64,000 nucleotides of DNA from Anthoceros angustus (lineage: Eukaryota > Plantae > Anthocerotophyta): the NCBI GenBank assembly GCA_010909165.1, contig MU008159.1, positions 2,046,001-2,110,000 of the forward strand, given 5' to 3'. Shown one piece after another: positions 13,140 through 24,715 of the stretch; the first letter of the stretch is position 1, and each line of letters starts with the position of its first letter. A program made the translations under genes and the position numbers. The notes beneath the pieces are model-generated. The model searched no databases. It had not been told where the DNA came from and was given only the letters and a program-made list of their open reading frames with translations.

Positions 13140-13560
13140 ATACGGATTAGATCGGCAAGAGCGGACAACAAGAGGAAGAGCGCGCAATGACAAGAGCAAG
13201 AGCGGGACAACAAGAGGAAGAGCGCGCGCAGTCGACAAGAGCAAGAGCGCGAGCAGGCATCCGTGAGTTGGGTAGGAGTGCTCATCACATCTCGATTCTA
13301 GCCGCCGCGATCAGGTGTGTGTGCGCCAATCTCGATGTGTGCGCGTTTGCTTGTGGCGCTTATGTCCGTGCACTTTGCAGGCGCCGTCCGGCAGGCACCC
13401 ACGGTGCGCGCTTTCTTGTGGTAGCCACCCTTGGCGCTTGTGGCGCTTATGTCCGTGCACCCTCGCGCTTTCTTGTGGCAGCCACCCTTGGTGTGCGCTT
13501 GTGTCCGGCAGGCACCCTCGGTGCGCGCTTTCTTTGGCTGCTTGCTTCTCCGGGCATCCT
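13140..13560. repeat. GC-rich short repeats upstream of the left transposase
   Basis: CAAGAGGAAGAGCGCGC/CAAGAGCAAGAGCG repeats at 13140-13260; GGCGCTTATGTCCGTGCAC...GCGCTTTCTTGTGG duplicated at 13350-13530. Confidence 0.7.
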
Positions 13561-13758
13561 TGGTGTTTGATTTTGACATGCAGGCAAGATCCACGTTTGT
13601 GCCAGCAGCTGATGGTCTCGTTTTTGGGCAGGTAGCTGGGGACCGCGTTTTTTGGCAGGCAGCTGGGAACCGCGATTGAGGCAGGCAGCTTGGGTGCGCG
13701 TTTGCGAAAGCCAGTTTAGGTGGCGTTTGTGGCAGGCGGTGTAGACATTTTTCACTGT

Positions 13759-13803
13759 TTGAGGTTTGGGTGTATACTATAATAGTATACACCCAAACCT
13801 CAA
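13759..13803. other. Perfect 21-bp inverted repeat with a 3-nt loop
   Basis: TTGAGGTTTGGGTGTATACTA-TAA-TAGTATACACCCAAACCTCAA. Confidence 0.95.
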
Positions 13804-14218
13804 CTGATATCTTTATATAATATAAAGAGAACCCGAAATAGCAAGTTTGTGGCTCCATAATTTGGCTTGTTCCATGAAATCAAAACACCTTCAACCTTCC
13901 TTTGTTCCTTGCTTGGTCTGTATTCGTCTCTGATTTTCTCTAATGCTTCACGTGTGCACCTTCGGTTGACAGACATGTCCATCCCATATCGGCAAGTGCG
14001 TGCAAAACACGCCAACTTGGTTGAACCTCCACCACAGCCCAAACCTCCAAAACGCAAAAGGACAGAAGTCAATGTTGAGGCACGAGCTTCCGGGAAACGG
14101 AGGAGTGCAGCAGGAGGAGGTGCGGGTGGTGGTCATGACCAACCAACATCCAGACCCACAGCTGCCGTAAAGTATTAGGGAACGGACGCTGCGGAGGGGC
14201 GCCACGGCCGAGAACGGT

Positions 14219-14311
14219 CGAGGCCGTGAGGCCGAGACCGCTCGAGGCCGTGAGGCCGAGACCGCTCGAGGCCGTGAGGCCGAGACCGCTCGAGGCCGTG
14301 AGGCCGAGACC
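14219..14311. repeat. 24-bp minisatellite x4
   Basis: CGAGGCCGTGAGGCCGAGACCGCT x4, with partial copies at 14370-14410. Confidence 0.9.
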
Positions 14312-14862
14312 TTTCTAGGCCGTGCGCCCGACGCGCCCATTCCCTAAGCGTAAGGAGCGGCCGAGTCCGGGGCCGAGACCGCTCGAGGCCGAGACTGCTC
14401 GAGGCCGAGGTCCGTGAAGTCAGATAGACTAGGTGCCTCTACCACCGGCTTATATGTCTTTTCTCTCTCTCTCTTACGAATTTCCCTTCACATGCTTTTT
14501 CCAACTTTTACACAATAAAAGGATTATCTTCACCGCCGTAATTAGGCTCTAATCAAAATAGTTTTGTCCATCACACATATTCTATTGGAGTAGATGGAGT
14601 GTAAAATGGTTCCGATTGTGCCTTCTCTTCAGAATAGTACTTTTTTAGCTGCTGATTGTACGGTCCAGATAAATGTATAATCATTTCGAATATTTCATCC
14701 AAGCGAGAATATTTCTGCAATTTAAACCATTGTCAGAATTCATATATAAAACTTATCTATGTTTTTAACTTTAGTACTCACCTCAAAGAGTGAAAACAAC
14801 TCGTTTTGATTCTTCGATAACTACAAACAAAAAGTAAAAGTAATTAGTCATTTACCTCCATT

Positions 14863-16330
14863 TCAATTCGGAGAAGATCTTTCTTTGCATATACCTTTTC
14901 GACAAGCGTTAAACACGTGCTGTGAAGATTCCCCACACTGCGGAAATGTGATCGTATGTTCTGAAGAAACATAAACATTAGAATTTATCTTGGAATGCAA
15001 GCAGATATTACCTTTCAAACGATGTACCTTTTGAATATTTTTAGTTGTCTCCGGTTCTTCCATGAGAGACAACAAGTCTGTCGTTTTCAACTCCTTATTT
15101 TCAATTGCTGCCCCTATCTCTGCATTCAATGCATACATAATTACATTACATAGAATTATATGTAATGAAAATAATAGAGAAAGAGAAGTTATCGCGGCTT
15201 ACTTGCTTGGATCTGTCTGTACTGCTCGAATGTTGGGTTGGACCCATCTTCATTCAAGATGGGCTGTACTTGCTCTTTTAGACTATGCTCCCAAATTGCA
15301 GCATACTTAGTTTTAAAGTCTTGAAAAAGTGGTGGATATTGAAAATTGCTCATCCACTTTCCAAACTCGGTGAACTCAAGTGACGGCCCGTAAGTTGGTC
15401 CATCCTCCTTGAAGTCATCAATTTTTCTCTTTTTTGCCTGATCAAAAACCAAAATCATTACTTTCTTAAACCAAAATCATATTAATCCAAATTATATACA
15501 TTATACATTTTGTATACTTGATTGGAGATGGCTGCGTTGTCAATGTTGTTGTCAATCTCATCGACTTTGTCCTTTATATTTTTCGCAGCAGCAGCTTGTT
15601 TTCCAGCATTCTGTAATGCCAAGTTATAAGAAGCTAAATGTGAAGCAATGAAGGTATGAATGTAACTTTAGATTACCTCTAGTACTGCCTGAATTGAACT
15701 TTGATATCCCTCCAACATTGTTTGCATTGAAATCTGGTGTCCATTAAACCTTTCCACAAGTGTGTACGTTTCCAGCTCCAATTGAGCTGTTGTTCGAAGG
15801 TTTTTTTTAATATCCTGCAGAGATAAATTTAGGGTTTAGATTTTCGGATTTGAGCATACTTAGATCAAGTTTATGAAATTAAGAGCATTGCTTACCTTCT
15901 TTATCTTATTCAACTGGGCAGGCATCTCGCAAAGATGCTTAAGGTCTTGTTTGTCCATGACAGAGAACATTGTGTGCTCGCAGAGGACTGCAACCCACGG
16001 GTTTTGTTAGACTCTGACCAACGAGAACATACAGGACTAACAACAATCATTTTTCCTGAATACCTTTTTCTACGATCTTTCTTATCTCCAGCAGTGGTGG
16101 TTCAAACTCTGCGTTAGCGTCATATCCTGGATCCTCATGGGTGGGAAGTAATTTGTCAGAGTGGCGCTCACAGGGTGGCGTCCTGTAGTTGTCTGCAGGG
16201 GGTTGACACAATAAATATTAGTAAAAGTAAAAGCAATGTAAAAAACGTAAAATACGAATAACAATCAAGTGCCTTCTTGGATTTGAAAATCGTTATTGCT
16301 TTCTTTGTCAGATTCCATCCTGATTCAAAC
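14863..16330 (-). CDS. Unknown multi-exon protein with coiled-coil-like exons; 3' part of a gene extending to ~19.3 kb
   Basis: Exons 16192-~16066, 15987-15896, 15814-15677, 15610-15518, 15437-15203 and from ~15115 splice through GT-AG sites with matching phases. They give one continuous frame (..IVEKVLCEHTMFSVMDKQDLKHLCEMPAQLNKIKKDIKKNLRTTAQLELE..AKKRKIDDFKEDG..). Confidence 0.75.
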
Positions 16331-17089
16331 GAAAAGCCATCAGAACACCGTCAAATCAAACGTCAAGACGCATCAAGACGCATCGCGCATCAAAACACCG
16401 TCAAGACGCATCGCGCACAAAACAGCATCATGATGAGCAAGGGCAAATTACTTACGTCCACGAAACGTTGTTCCGGGTGCTTCACGCGAAACCAATTGTT
16501 CGTAAGATCCTGCATCACAATACCGTTAAAAATGTTCGTGAGCACCAATCCAGTAAAATAGAAGGAAGCAATAAGCGCGAATATGTTTTACACAAGACAC
16601 TTGACACAAGATTGCAACTTGACACAAGATTGCATGTTTTACGCAGGGATGGCAAAGTTTTGGCTATGACTCAAAGATCGAGACTCTTACCAGACGAACC
16701 CCTTACCTTTGCTTCCGTCAACCCAACCATGCAATAGTTCCCCAGCCGGCAGCCCAACCCTCCAGACACGTCGTTCGAAATAACAGCCATAGAATTATTT
16801 GACGGGACGTACTTACACTAGGGTGGCGCCTCCTTGCGTGACCTTTGGCTGCAGCTTGAATTTCTGGAGGAGGAGAGGGGCGTGAGTTTACAATGTGCAT
16901 ACCAAATGTAACACATTGAAAAACACTAGCCCACCAAAGACTCCATGCAAGTTTACCAATCATGCCCAACAAATGAGACCAATTTAGATTTACAAACTGG
17001 TCCTTTTCAGAGAAACTTGAGTAACCCTCGCCAACACCAAAAAGCAATCGTGCAGTAATTATGGCAGCATGTAAAGAGCCTCCGCTTAC

Positions 17090-19285
17090 ACCTCGAGTAG
17101 AAAGCAACCCAGTGGAACCCCTACGGATGCACAGTCGACACCAAGGAAGAGAGTGATACCGCTCAGGGACAAACCAGGTGAGAAAAGAATGGTGAAACAT
17201 TGACAGAGCAAAACATGAACGAGAGCAACATAGCAAGTAACTCACCGGTCACTCTGCTGCGATGCAGCCTGTGGACAAACAAACAAACATGACAGACGGT
17301 GGCAATAAAGGCAAAAGCACCACAACCCACAAGAGGACATTTCACTTACTCCTCGGCGTGCAAAGGCCCCAAACTGCAATGGATCGAGCCCGATGGCGGC
17401 GGGAGGAGAGAAACGATGTGGGTCGTGAAGCTCAATAGCCACTGGACGTGCTGCCCAAGACGTGACACCATACAGGTACAACGTGAGTTCGAAGGGCGAA
17501 TCAAAACACCGCCAAGACGTGACACCAAGGAAGAGCACGAAGGCATCAAGGTTCTCTGTGCTTCAAGGTTCTCCAGCCAAGGGTTCAAGAGCTTGAACCC
17601 ACAGCCTCCCAAAAACTCTCGAAGTCGGAGCGCAGAAAGCAACCCAGTGGAACCCCTACAATGGATGCAGTCGACACGCCAAGGAAGAGAGTGATACCGC
17701 GGACAAACCGGAGAAAAGAATAGTGAAACATTGATGAGCAAAACATGAACGAGCAACATAGCAAGTAACTCACCGGTCACTCTGCGTGACAGTCCGTGGA
17801 CTGAAACAAACAAGCAGACGGTGGCAATAAAGGCAAAAGCACCACAACCCACAAGAGGACATTTCCAGCTTACTCCTCGGCGTGCAAAGGCCCCAAAACT
17901 GCAATGGATCGAGCCCGATGGCGGCGGGAGGAGAGAAACGATGTGGGTCAGTGAAGCTCAATAGCCACGAAGCTGGACGTGCTGCCCAAGACGTGACACC
18001 ATACACAGGCAGGTACAACGTGAGTTCTGAAGGACGAATCAAAAACCTGGAAGTGATGCCGCCTGAATCAACAGAAAGGAGCACGAAGGCGTCAAGGGTT
18101 CTCCAGGCTTCAAGGGTTCTCCAGCCAAGGGTTCAAGAGCTTGAACCCACAGCCTCCCAAAAACTCTCGAAGTCGGAGCGCAGCAGCGAGGGACCGCAAT
18201 GGATGCAGTCGACACGCCAAGGAAGAGAGTGATACCGCGGACAAACCGTGAGAAAAGAATAGTGAAACATTGTGAGCAAAACATGAACGAGCAACATAGC
18301 AGTAACTCACCGGTCACCAAAGCGCGGATGTGCCAGACAAACAAACATGCCAGACGGTGGCAACAAAGGCAAAAAGCACCACAACCCACAAGAGGACATT
18401 TCCAGCTTACTCCTCGGCGGTGCAAAAGCCCCAAAACTGTGGCAGTCGGATCGGAGCCCAGTAAGCGCTGGCGGGAGGGAGACAGAAACGATGTGGGTCA
18501 GTGAAGCTCAATAGCCACGAAGCTGGACGTGCTGCCCAAGACGTGACACCATACACAGGCAGGTACAACGTGAGTTCTGAAGGACGAATCAAAAACCTGG
18601 AAGTGATGCCGCCTGAATCAAAGGAGCACGAAGGCATCAAGGGTTCTCCAGGCTTCAAGGGTTCTCCAGGCGTCAAGGGTTCGAAGAGCTTGAACCCACA
18701 GTCTCCCAAAAAACTCTCGAGAAGTCGGAGCGCAACAGCAGACCGACATGCGGTCGACACGCCAAGGAAGAGAGTGATACCGCGGACAAACCAGTGAGAA
18801 AAGAATAGTGAAACATTGAGAGCAAAACATGAACGAGCAACATAGCAAGTAACTCACCGGTCACTCGAGCTGTGATGCGCGGACCAAACAAACAGCCGGC
18901 CAGACGGTGGCAACAAAGGCAAAAAGCACCACAACCCACAAGAGGACATTTCCAGCTTACTCCTCGGCGTGCAAAGGCCCCAAAACCGTGGGCAATGGAT
19001 CGGAGCCCGATGGCGGCGGGAGGGAGACAAAGCAGTGTTGAAGCTCAATAGCTAAGTCGGACGTGCTGCCCAAGACGTGACACCATACACGTGCGTACAA
19101 CGTGAGTTCTGAAGGACGAATCAAAAACCTGGAAGTGATGCCGCCTGAATCAACAGAAAGGAGCACGAAGGCGTCAAGGGTTCTCCAGGCTTCAAGGGTT
19201 CTCCAGGCGTCAAGGGTTCGAAGAGCTTGAACCCACAGTCTCCCAAAAAACTCTCGAGAAGTCGGAGCGCAACAGAGCAGAGGGA
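17090..19285. repeat. ~540-bp tandem array, ~4 copies, inside the minus-strand gene
   Basis: Marker CCAAGGAAGAGAGTGATACC at ~17141, ~17679, ~18217 and ~18762. Copies differ mainly by small indels and each carries a CCG|GTGAGT donor on the minus strand. Confidence 0.92.
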
Positions 19286-19289
19286 CCCC

Positions 19290-19540
19290 TTCACGAATGT
19301 CGCACACAGTGCGGCGCCATAGCAGAGCAGAGATTGGCGGTCGCGCGGGAGGCGTGCGGCGCCATAGCAGAGTAGAGATGGGCGGTCGCGCGGAAGGAAA
19401 GCGATAACAGATGAGCGGTCGCGGAGGAAAGGTAGAGATGGGCGGTCGCGGAGGCGCGGCGCCATAGCAGAGTAGAGATGGGCGGTCGCACGGAAGGAAA
19501 GCGCACAGAGATGAGCGGTCGCGCGGGAGGAAAGGGTAGA
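19290..19540. repeat. Degenerate GAGATG(G/A)GCGGTCGC repeats
   Basis: Motif GAGATGGGCGGTCGC / GATGAGCGGTCGC occurs about six times, interleaved with GCGGCGCCATAGCAGAG. Confidence 0.75.
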
Positions 19541-19559
19541 GGATCGGAGCAATAAGGGG

Positions 19560-19860
19560 TGTTATGTTGTTTAAGTAGGCCAGGTTAAGGGTTCCATGCT
19601 TCAGGGTATGGTCTGGGATCTGTGGCAGCTGATACGCCCGCCTTGAGGTTCGGAGGCTAGGTTTGGAGGGGTCTGGCTAGGTTTGGAAGTAGGGCGGCGG
19701 CGGTTGGCGAATCGTGTTCTGGGTAGGTTTGGTATTCGGTTCGGAAGTCTAGGTTTGGAAATTTTGAATTAGGTTTGGTAGAGAGAGAGGCGGCGCCGAC
19801 AAAGGGAGAAACCTAGGATTTCGAATGCTATATAAGCAGGTTCTCCGACTCTTCTCATTC
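19560..19860. promoter_or_regulatory. Putative bidirectional promoter between the two divergent genes
   Basis: TATATAA at 19829-19835 is followed by a CT-rich leader on the + strand. Repeated (CT)AGGTTTGG motifs lie at 19655-19780. The region sits between oppositely oriented splice-site patterns. Confidence 0.4.
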
Positions 19861-19884
19861 TTTTTCCAGCCTTTCTTTTCCGCT

Positions 19885-20760
19885 GGTCAACCTGCCTCCC
19901 TTAGGGTTATTTGCGCCACCGCTTGCTTGCGCTTTGCTTTGGTTCGTTGCGCCGCTTTGTCAAGGCGCACTTTCTCGGTTCGCTGCGCGCCTCGCGTTGT
20001 CTCGTCGGCTTCCTGTCCGTGGTTTGTTTTTTCACCGGCTTGCTTGCGCTTTGCTTTGGTTTGTGCGTTTTTGTTTGTCGCCGCGTTAGCTTGCCGTTGT
20101 TCCTCGTTTTTCGTCTGCTATATTTGTCTAGCAGTTTGTGTCTATGGCTTTTGCACCGCTTGCTTGCGCTTTGCTTGCGCTTTGTTTGCCTTCTTTGTGG
20201 TTTCCGCCTTCTCTTTGCTGTCATGCGTCGAGAAAACTTCTTCTCGCTTTGTTTGCTCATTGTTTGTCGTTCTTAGTTGACTTTTGAATCGTTGAAGGCA
20301 GCGTGTCGGGACACGCTCGGTTTTGTGTTCTTTTCCGCTCTCGGCTCCCAACCTGCTCTCCCTTAGGGTTATTTGCGCCACCGCTTGCTTGCGCTTTGCT
20401 TTGGTTCGTTGCGCCGCTTTGCGCGCACTCTCGGTTCGCCGGTGCGCGTTGTCTCGCCGGCTTCTCGTCCGTGGTTTGTTTCGCTGCGCCGCTTTGCTTT
20501 GGTTTGTGCGTTTTTGTTTGTCCCGCGCTTAGCTTGCCGCCGTTGTTCCTCGTTTTTCGTCTACTATATTTGTCTAGCAGTTTGTGTCTATGGCTTTTGC
20601 ACCGCTTGCTTGCGCTTTGCTTTTGTTTGCCTTCTTTGTGGTTTCCGCCTTCTCTTTGTCATGCGTCGAGAAAACCTCTTGCTCGCTTGTTGTACATCTA
20701 TGGTTGTTGTACATGTAATCCTTGCTGCAGCGTGTCGGGACACGCTCGGTTTTGTGTTCT
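19885..20760. repeat. ~460-bp tandem duplication (pyrimidine-rich leader/intron)
   Basis: CCTTAGGGTTATTTGCGCCACCGCTTGCTTGCGCTTTGCTTTGGTTCGTTGCGCCGCT at ~19899 and ~20361. Confidence 0.9.
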
Positions 20761-21949
20761 TTTCGTCATGTGCTCGGATTTCGCTCCTAGTTCATGGTTT
20801 CCTTTTAGTATTTGTGTTCTTGTAAGCTCTCTTAAGAGTCGTTTATTGTAGATTGCCCGTTCTTTGGTTTGTGCGTCTTGTCGTTCTTTGTGTGCATGTG
20901 TTTCCGCTTCCTCTCGTATTAGGTTTGGAGTCGTTCTTTGTGGTTTCCGCCTTCTTTGTGGTTTCGCATTTCTCATCGCGCGTGTGTCCTATCCTCCTTC
21001 GTTCTTGAGGCGATGGGAAGTAATGCAGGGAGGAGGTTGACCGTGGGAAGACAATGACCGCTCGGTTTTGGTAGGCACTGTTATCCCGAGGTTTGTCAGG
21101 CTTGCCGTTCTTTGGTGTTTGCTCTCATTGTTTGTCTGCATACGCTTTGTTTGGTCGGTTCCATGTTGTTACTGTGTTTCTTGATGTTGTTCCTCTTGCC
21201 TGCTTGTTGTCTTGGTATGTATTTATTAGGCTACTTTCTGGATATTCATAATGTTTATGGTCTTGGTGTGCAGTGCACGTTCACAATTGGAGTTTGGTGT
21301 TGCGTTGATAGGCTGGTTGAAGATCATGAATTTGGTAGGTGTGTTCTTCATGTATACATTTATTTGAAGTAAACTTGAGGTGTCACTCATTGGAGTGTCA
21401 ACTTGCGGTCGTCGTCTTACTTATTGTGTCTTCATCTATGTAGATTGCCCGTTCTTTGGTGTTTTACTACCAACCGTGTACCATAAGGTATGATCCGCAC
21501 TGCTATGTTTTCTGCTCTTTGTGGATCGTCAAGGTTTCTAACTCTTTGTTTCGCTCAACGGGGGTAGGTGGCATGCACTTAAAGTTATTGATCACCGTCA
21601 CAATTTGTTCTTGTTAGCATATGTAAGATAATTTACTCATTTTGATTTTAGGTACTGTTTTACTGTAAGCTCTCTTAAGAGTCGTTCTTAGTTGACTTTT
21701 GCAGTGTGTCTGATAAGCTGTTTATTGTAGATTGCCCCGTTTACTGTAGATTTGGTAATCAGCTTATGTGTAATAGTGTGCATTGAAAAGTGAATCTGGA
21801 TTGGGCATGCTGTATTGTGTGCATGTCTTGGAGCTTAATCTTATAGACCGGTGTTTATGTGTAATAGTGCATTGAAAAGTGAATCTGGATTGGGCATGGT
21901 GTATTGTGTGCATGTCTTGGAGCTTAATCTTATAGACCGTGTTTATGTG

Positions 21950-24715
21950 TGTATTGAAGTGTGCAACGTTTGGAGGGTTTGCCTCCAACATCTTTGGATG
22001 TTTGATTCTAATCTAGAAATATGTGTTGTTGTGTGGCATGGATGAGTGTGTTGTCCAATGAGCGATTGATTGTTTTACTTGTGTGGTCGATGTATATGTT
22101 GTACATCTATGGTTGTTTGTACGTCTAACTCTTGTTGTACTTGAAAAAGGGTTTTCACTTTATTTTTCCCAATATGTGGTGTATTTTTAGACGGGTTCTA
22201 TGTGTCATCCTTAAGAAAGTGGAAGGAATAACAACTCTAACAATGTCTAGCCCTGTTGTGTTTTGGGGCACCGCCCCATATCCTCTCTTGTCTAGACCGT
22301 CGATAATCAACTTTTAGACCTTCCAGGTTCTCATCCGACGGTTCAAGGCATGTGAGTTCTTTCTTTTCGCTTTGTTATCCGTTATGTTGTTTGTACATCT
22401 CAACGTTGTTCGATGACTTCTCCTGTTGCGATGGCTCTAAAAGAAAACCCACGGGCCTGGACCGGGCAAGAAGTGTGCACCTTTGTCTGAAGTCATGTCC
22501 AAGCCGTACACTCGACAACGTGTTAAAACAGCCATCGTTCACACTGCAACCCACCCTCTGCAGGATGATGGTAAAGTTGACGGTGTCCTTGTGCATAGTG
22601 AGGGGACATATTTGGTGCCGAAAAGTCCATTCCCAAACCGCCAAGGCACTTTTCATCCAAGGAGGATGCCCGGCGTGCTGCTGAATTTGCTCGGAAGAGA
22701 AGAAGGGTTGACACCCGACTGCCCTTGGTGGAGGGTCCCTTGTCGAGATTACTAACTATTGTCCTGCTTCGAGAGAGGGGTTAAGTTTGTTGGTGAGAAT
22801 GTCCATCGACACACGATTCCATGGTCCTTGCGAAGCATGCCTCTGATCTCGAAATGGTGGCTGCTCCTGCAGCAAGATAAGTCTCAATTCCTTTCACCGG
22901 TGAGTTTTCCATTCGGTCGCTCCCGAACTCAAGTTATCACGACCGAGTGTATTGATATGTTTGAGAGAATGAGGTCTGCTGATCCCGAGGATGATTTTGC
23001 TATGGGCATGGAAGAAATTGAAGATGAGGCCCATTTTAGGGACCAAGGGTTTGACCTCGATTCCCGAGGGAGCCGTGAATGATGCAATGAGTGGTGGTGA
23101 GGACAAGTCCAAACGCCAAAATAATTGGTGCAGTCGTCTTAAGTCTTTCATGAAAGTGAGTGGTGTGAGGGGTTGGGATAGTGCAATAGAGGACATTCCT
23201 CACAAGGACTTGAACCTTATATTGATACTGCTTTTCCACCAAGTTCGAACTTAAAAGACAACTCAAGATTCTCTCAAACGTAAGTCTTCATCCCTTTCTG
23301 TTATTCCGTTGTGTTTCTTTTCATTTTATGTGCGGTATTGAAGTGTGCAACGCTTCGGAGGGTTTGCCTCCCAACATCTTTGGATGTTTTGATTCTAATC
23401 TAGAAATATGTGTTGTTGTGTGGCATGGATGAGTGTGTTGTCCAATGAGCGCTTGATTGTTTTACTTGTGTGATGTATATGTTGTACATCTATGGTTGTT
23501 TGTACGTCTAACTCTTGTTGTACTTGAAAAAAGGGTTTTCACTTTATTTTTCCAATATGTGGTGTATTTTTAGACAGGTTCTATGTGTCATCCTTAACAG
23601 AAAGTGGAAGGGAATAACAACTCTAACAATGTCTAGCCCCAAGTTGTGTTTTGGGGCACTGCCCCCATATCCTCTCTTGTCTAGACTGTCTGATAATCAA
23701 CTTTTAGACCTTCCAGCAGGTTCTCATCTGGACGGTTCAAGGCTTATGTGAGTTCTTTCTTTTCGTTTGTTATCTGTTATGTTGTTTGTACATCTCAACG
23801 TTGTTCTGATGACTTCTCCTGTTGCGATGGCTCTAAAAGAAAACCCACGGGCCTGGACCGGGCAAGAAGTGTGCACCTTTGTCAAGTCATGTCCAAGCCG
23901 TACACTCGACAACGTGTTAAAACAGCCATCGCTCACACCGCAACCCACCCTCTGCAGGATGATGGTAAAGTTGAGTGTCCTTGTGCATAGTGAGGGACAT
24001 ATTTGGTGCCGAAAAGTCCATTCCCAAACCGCCAAGGCACTTTTCATCCAAGGAGGATGCCCGTCTTCTTTGCTCGGAAGAAGAAGGGTTGACACCCGAC
24101 TGCCCTTGGTGGAGGGTCCCTTGTCGAGATTACTAACTATTGTCCTGCTTCGAGAGAGGGGTTAAGTTTGTTGGTGAGAATGTCCATCCGATTACTCGAT
24201 TCCATGGTCCTTGCGCGAAGCATGCCTCTGATCTCGAAATGGTGGCTGCTCCTGCAGAAGATAAGTCTCAATTCCTTTCACCTGGTGAGTTTTCCATTCG
24301 GTCGCTCCCGAACTCAAGTTATCACGAGTGTATTGATATGTTTGAGAGAATGAGGTCTGCTGATCCCGAGGATGATTTTGCTATGGGCATGGAAGAAATT
24401 GAAGATGAGGCCCATTTTAGGGACCAAGGGTTTGACCCTCGATTCTGAGGGAGCCGTGAATGATGCAATGAGTGGTGGTGAGGACAAGTCCAAACGCCAA
24501 AATAATTGGTGCCGGAGTCGTCTTAAGTCTTTCATGAAAGTGAGTGGTGTGAGGGGTTGGGATAGTGCAATAGAGGACATTCCTCACAAGGACTTGAACC
24601 TTATATTGATACCGTTTTCCACCAAGTTCGAACTTAAAAGACAACTCAAGATTCTCTCCAAACGTAAGTCTTCATCCCTTTCTTATTCCGTTGTGTTTCT
24701 TTTCATTTTGTGCTG
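21950..24715. repeat. ~1.38-kb tandem duplication covering the 5' exons of the recombinase gene
   Basis: TTGAAGTGTGCAACG starts both copies (~21954, ~23338). Both encode ..MRSADPEDDFAMGMEEIEDEAHFRDQGFD..KSKRQNNWC..EDIPHKDLNLIL, with different indels in each copy. Confidence 0.92.
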
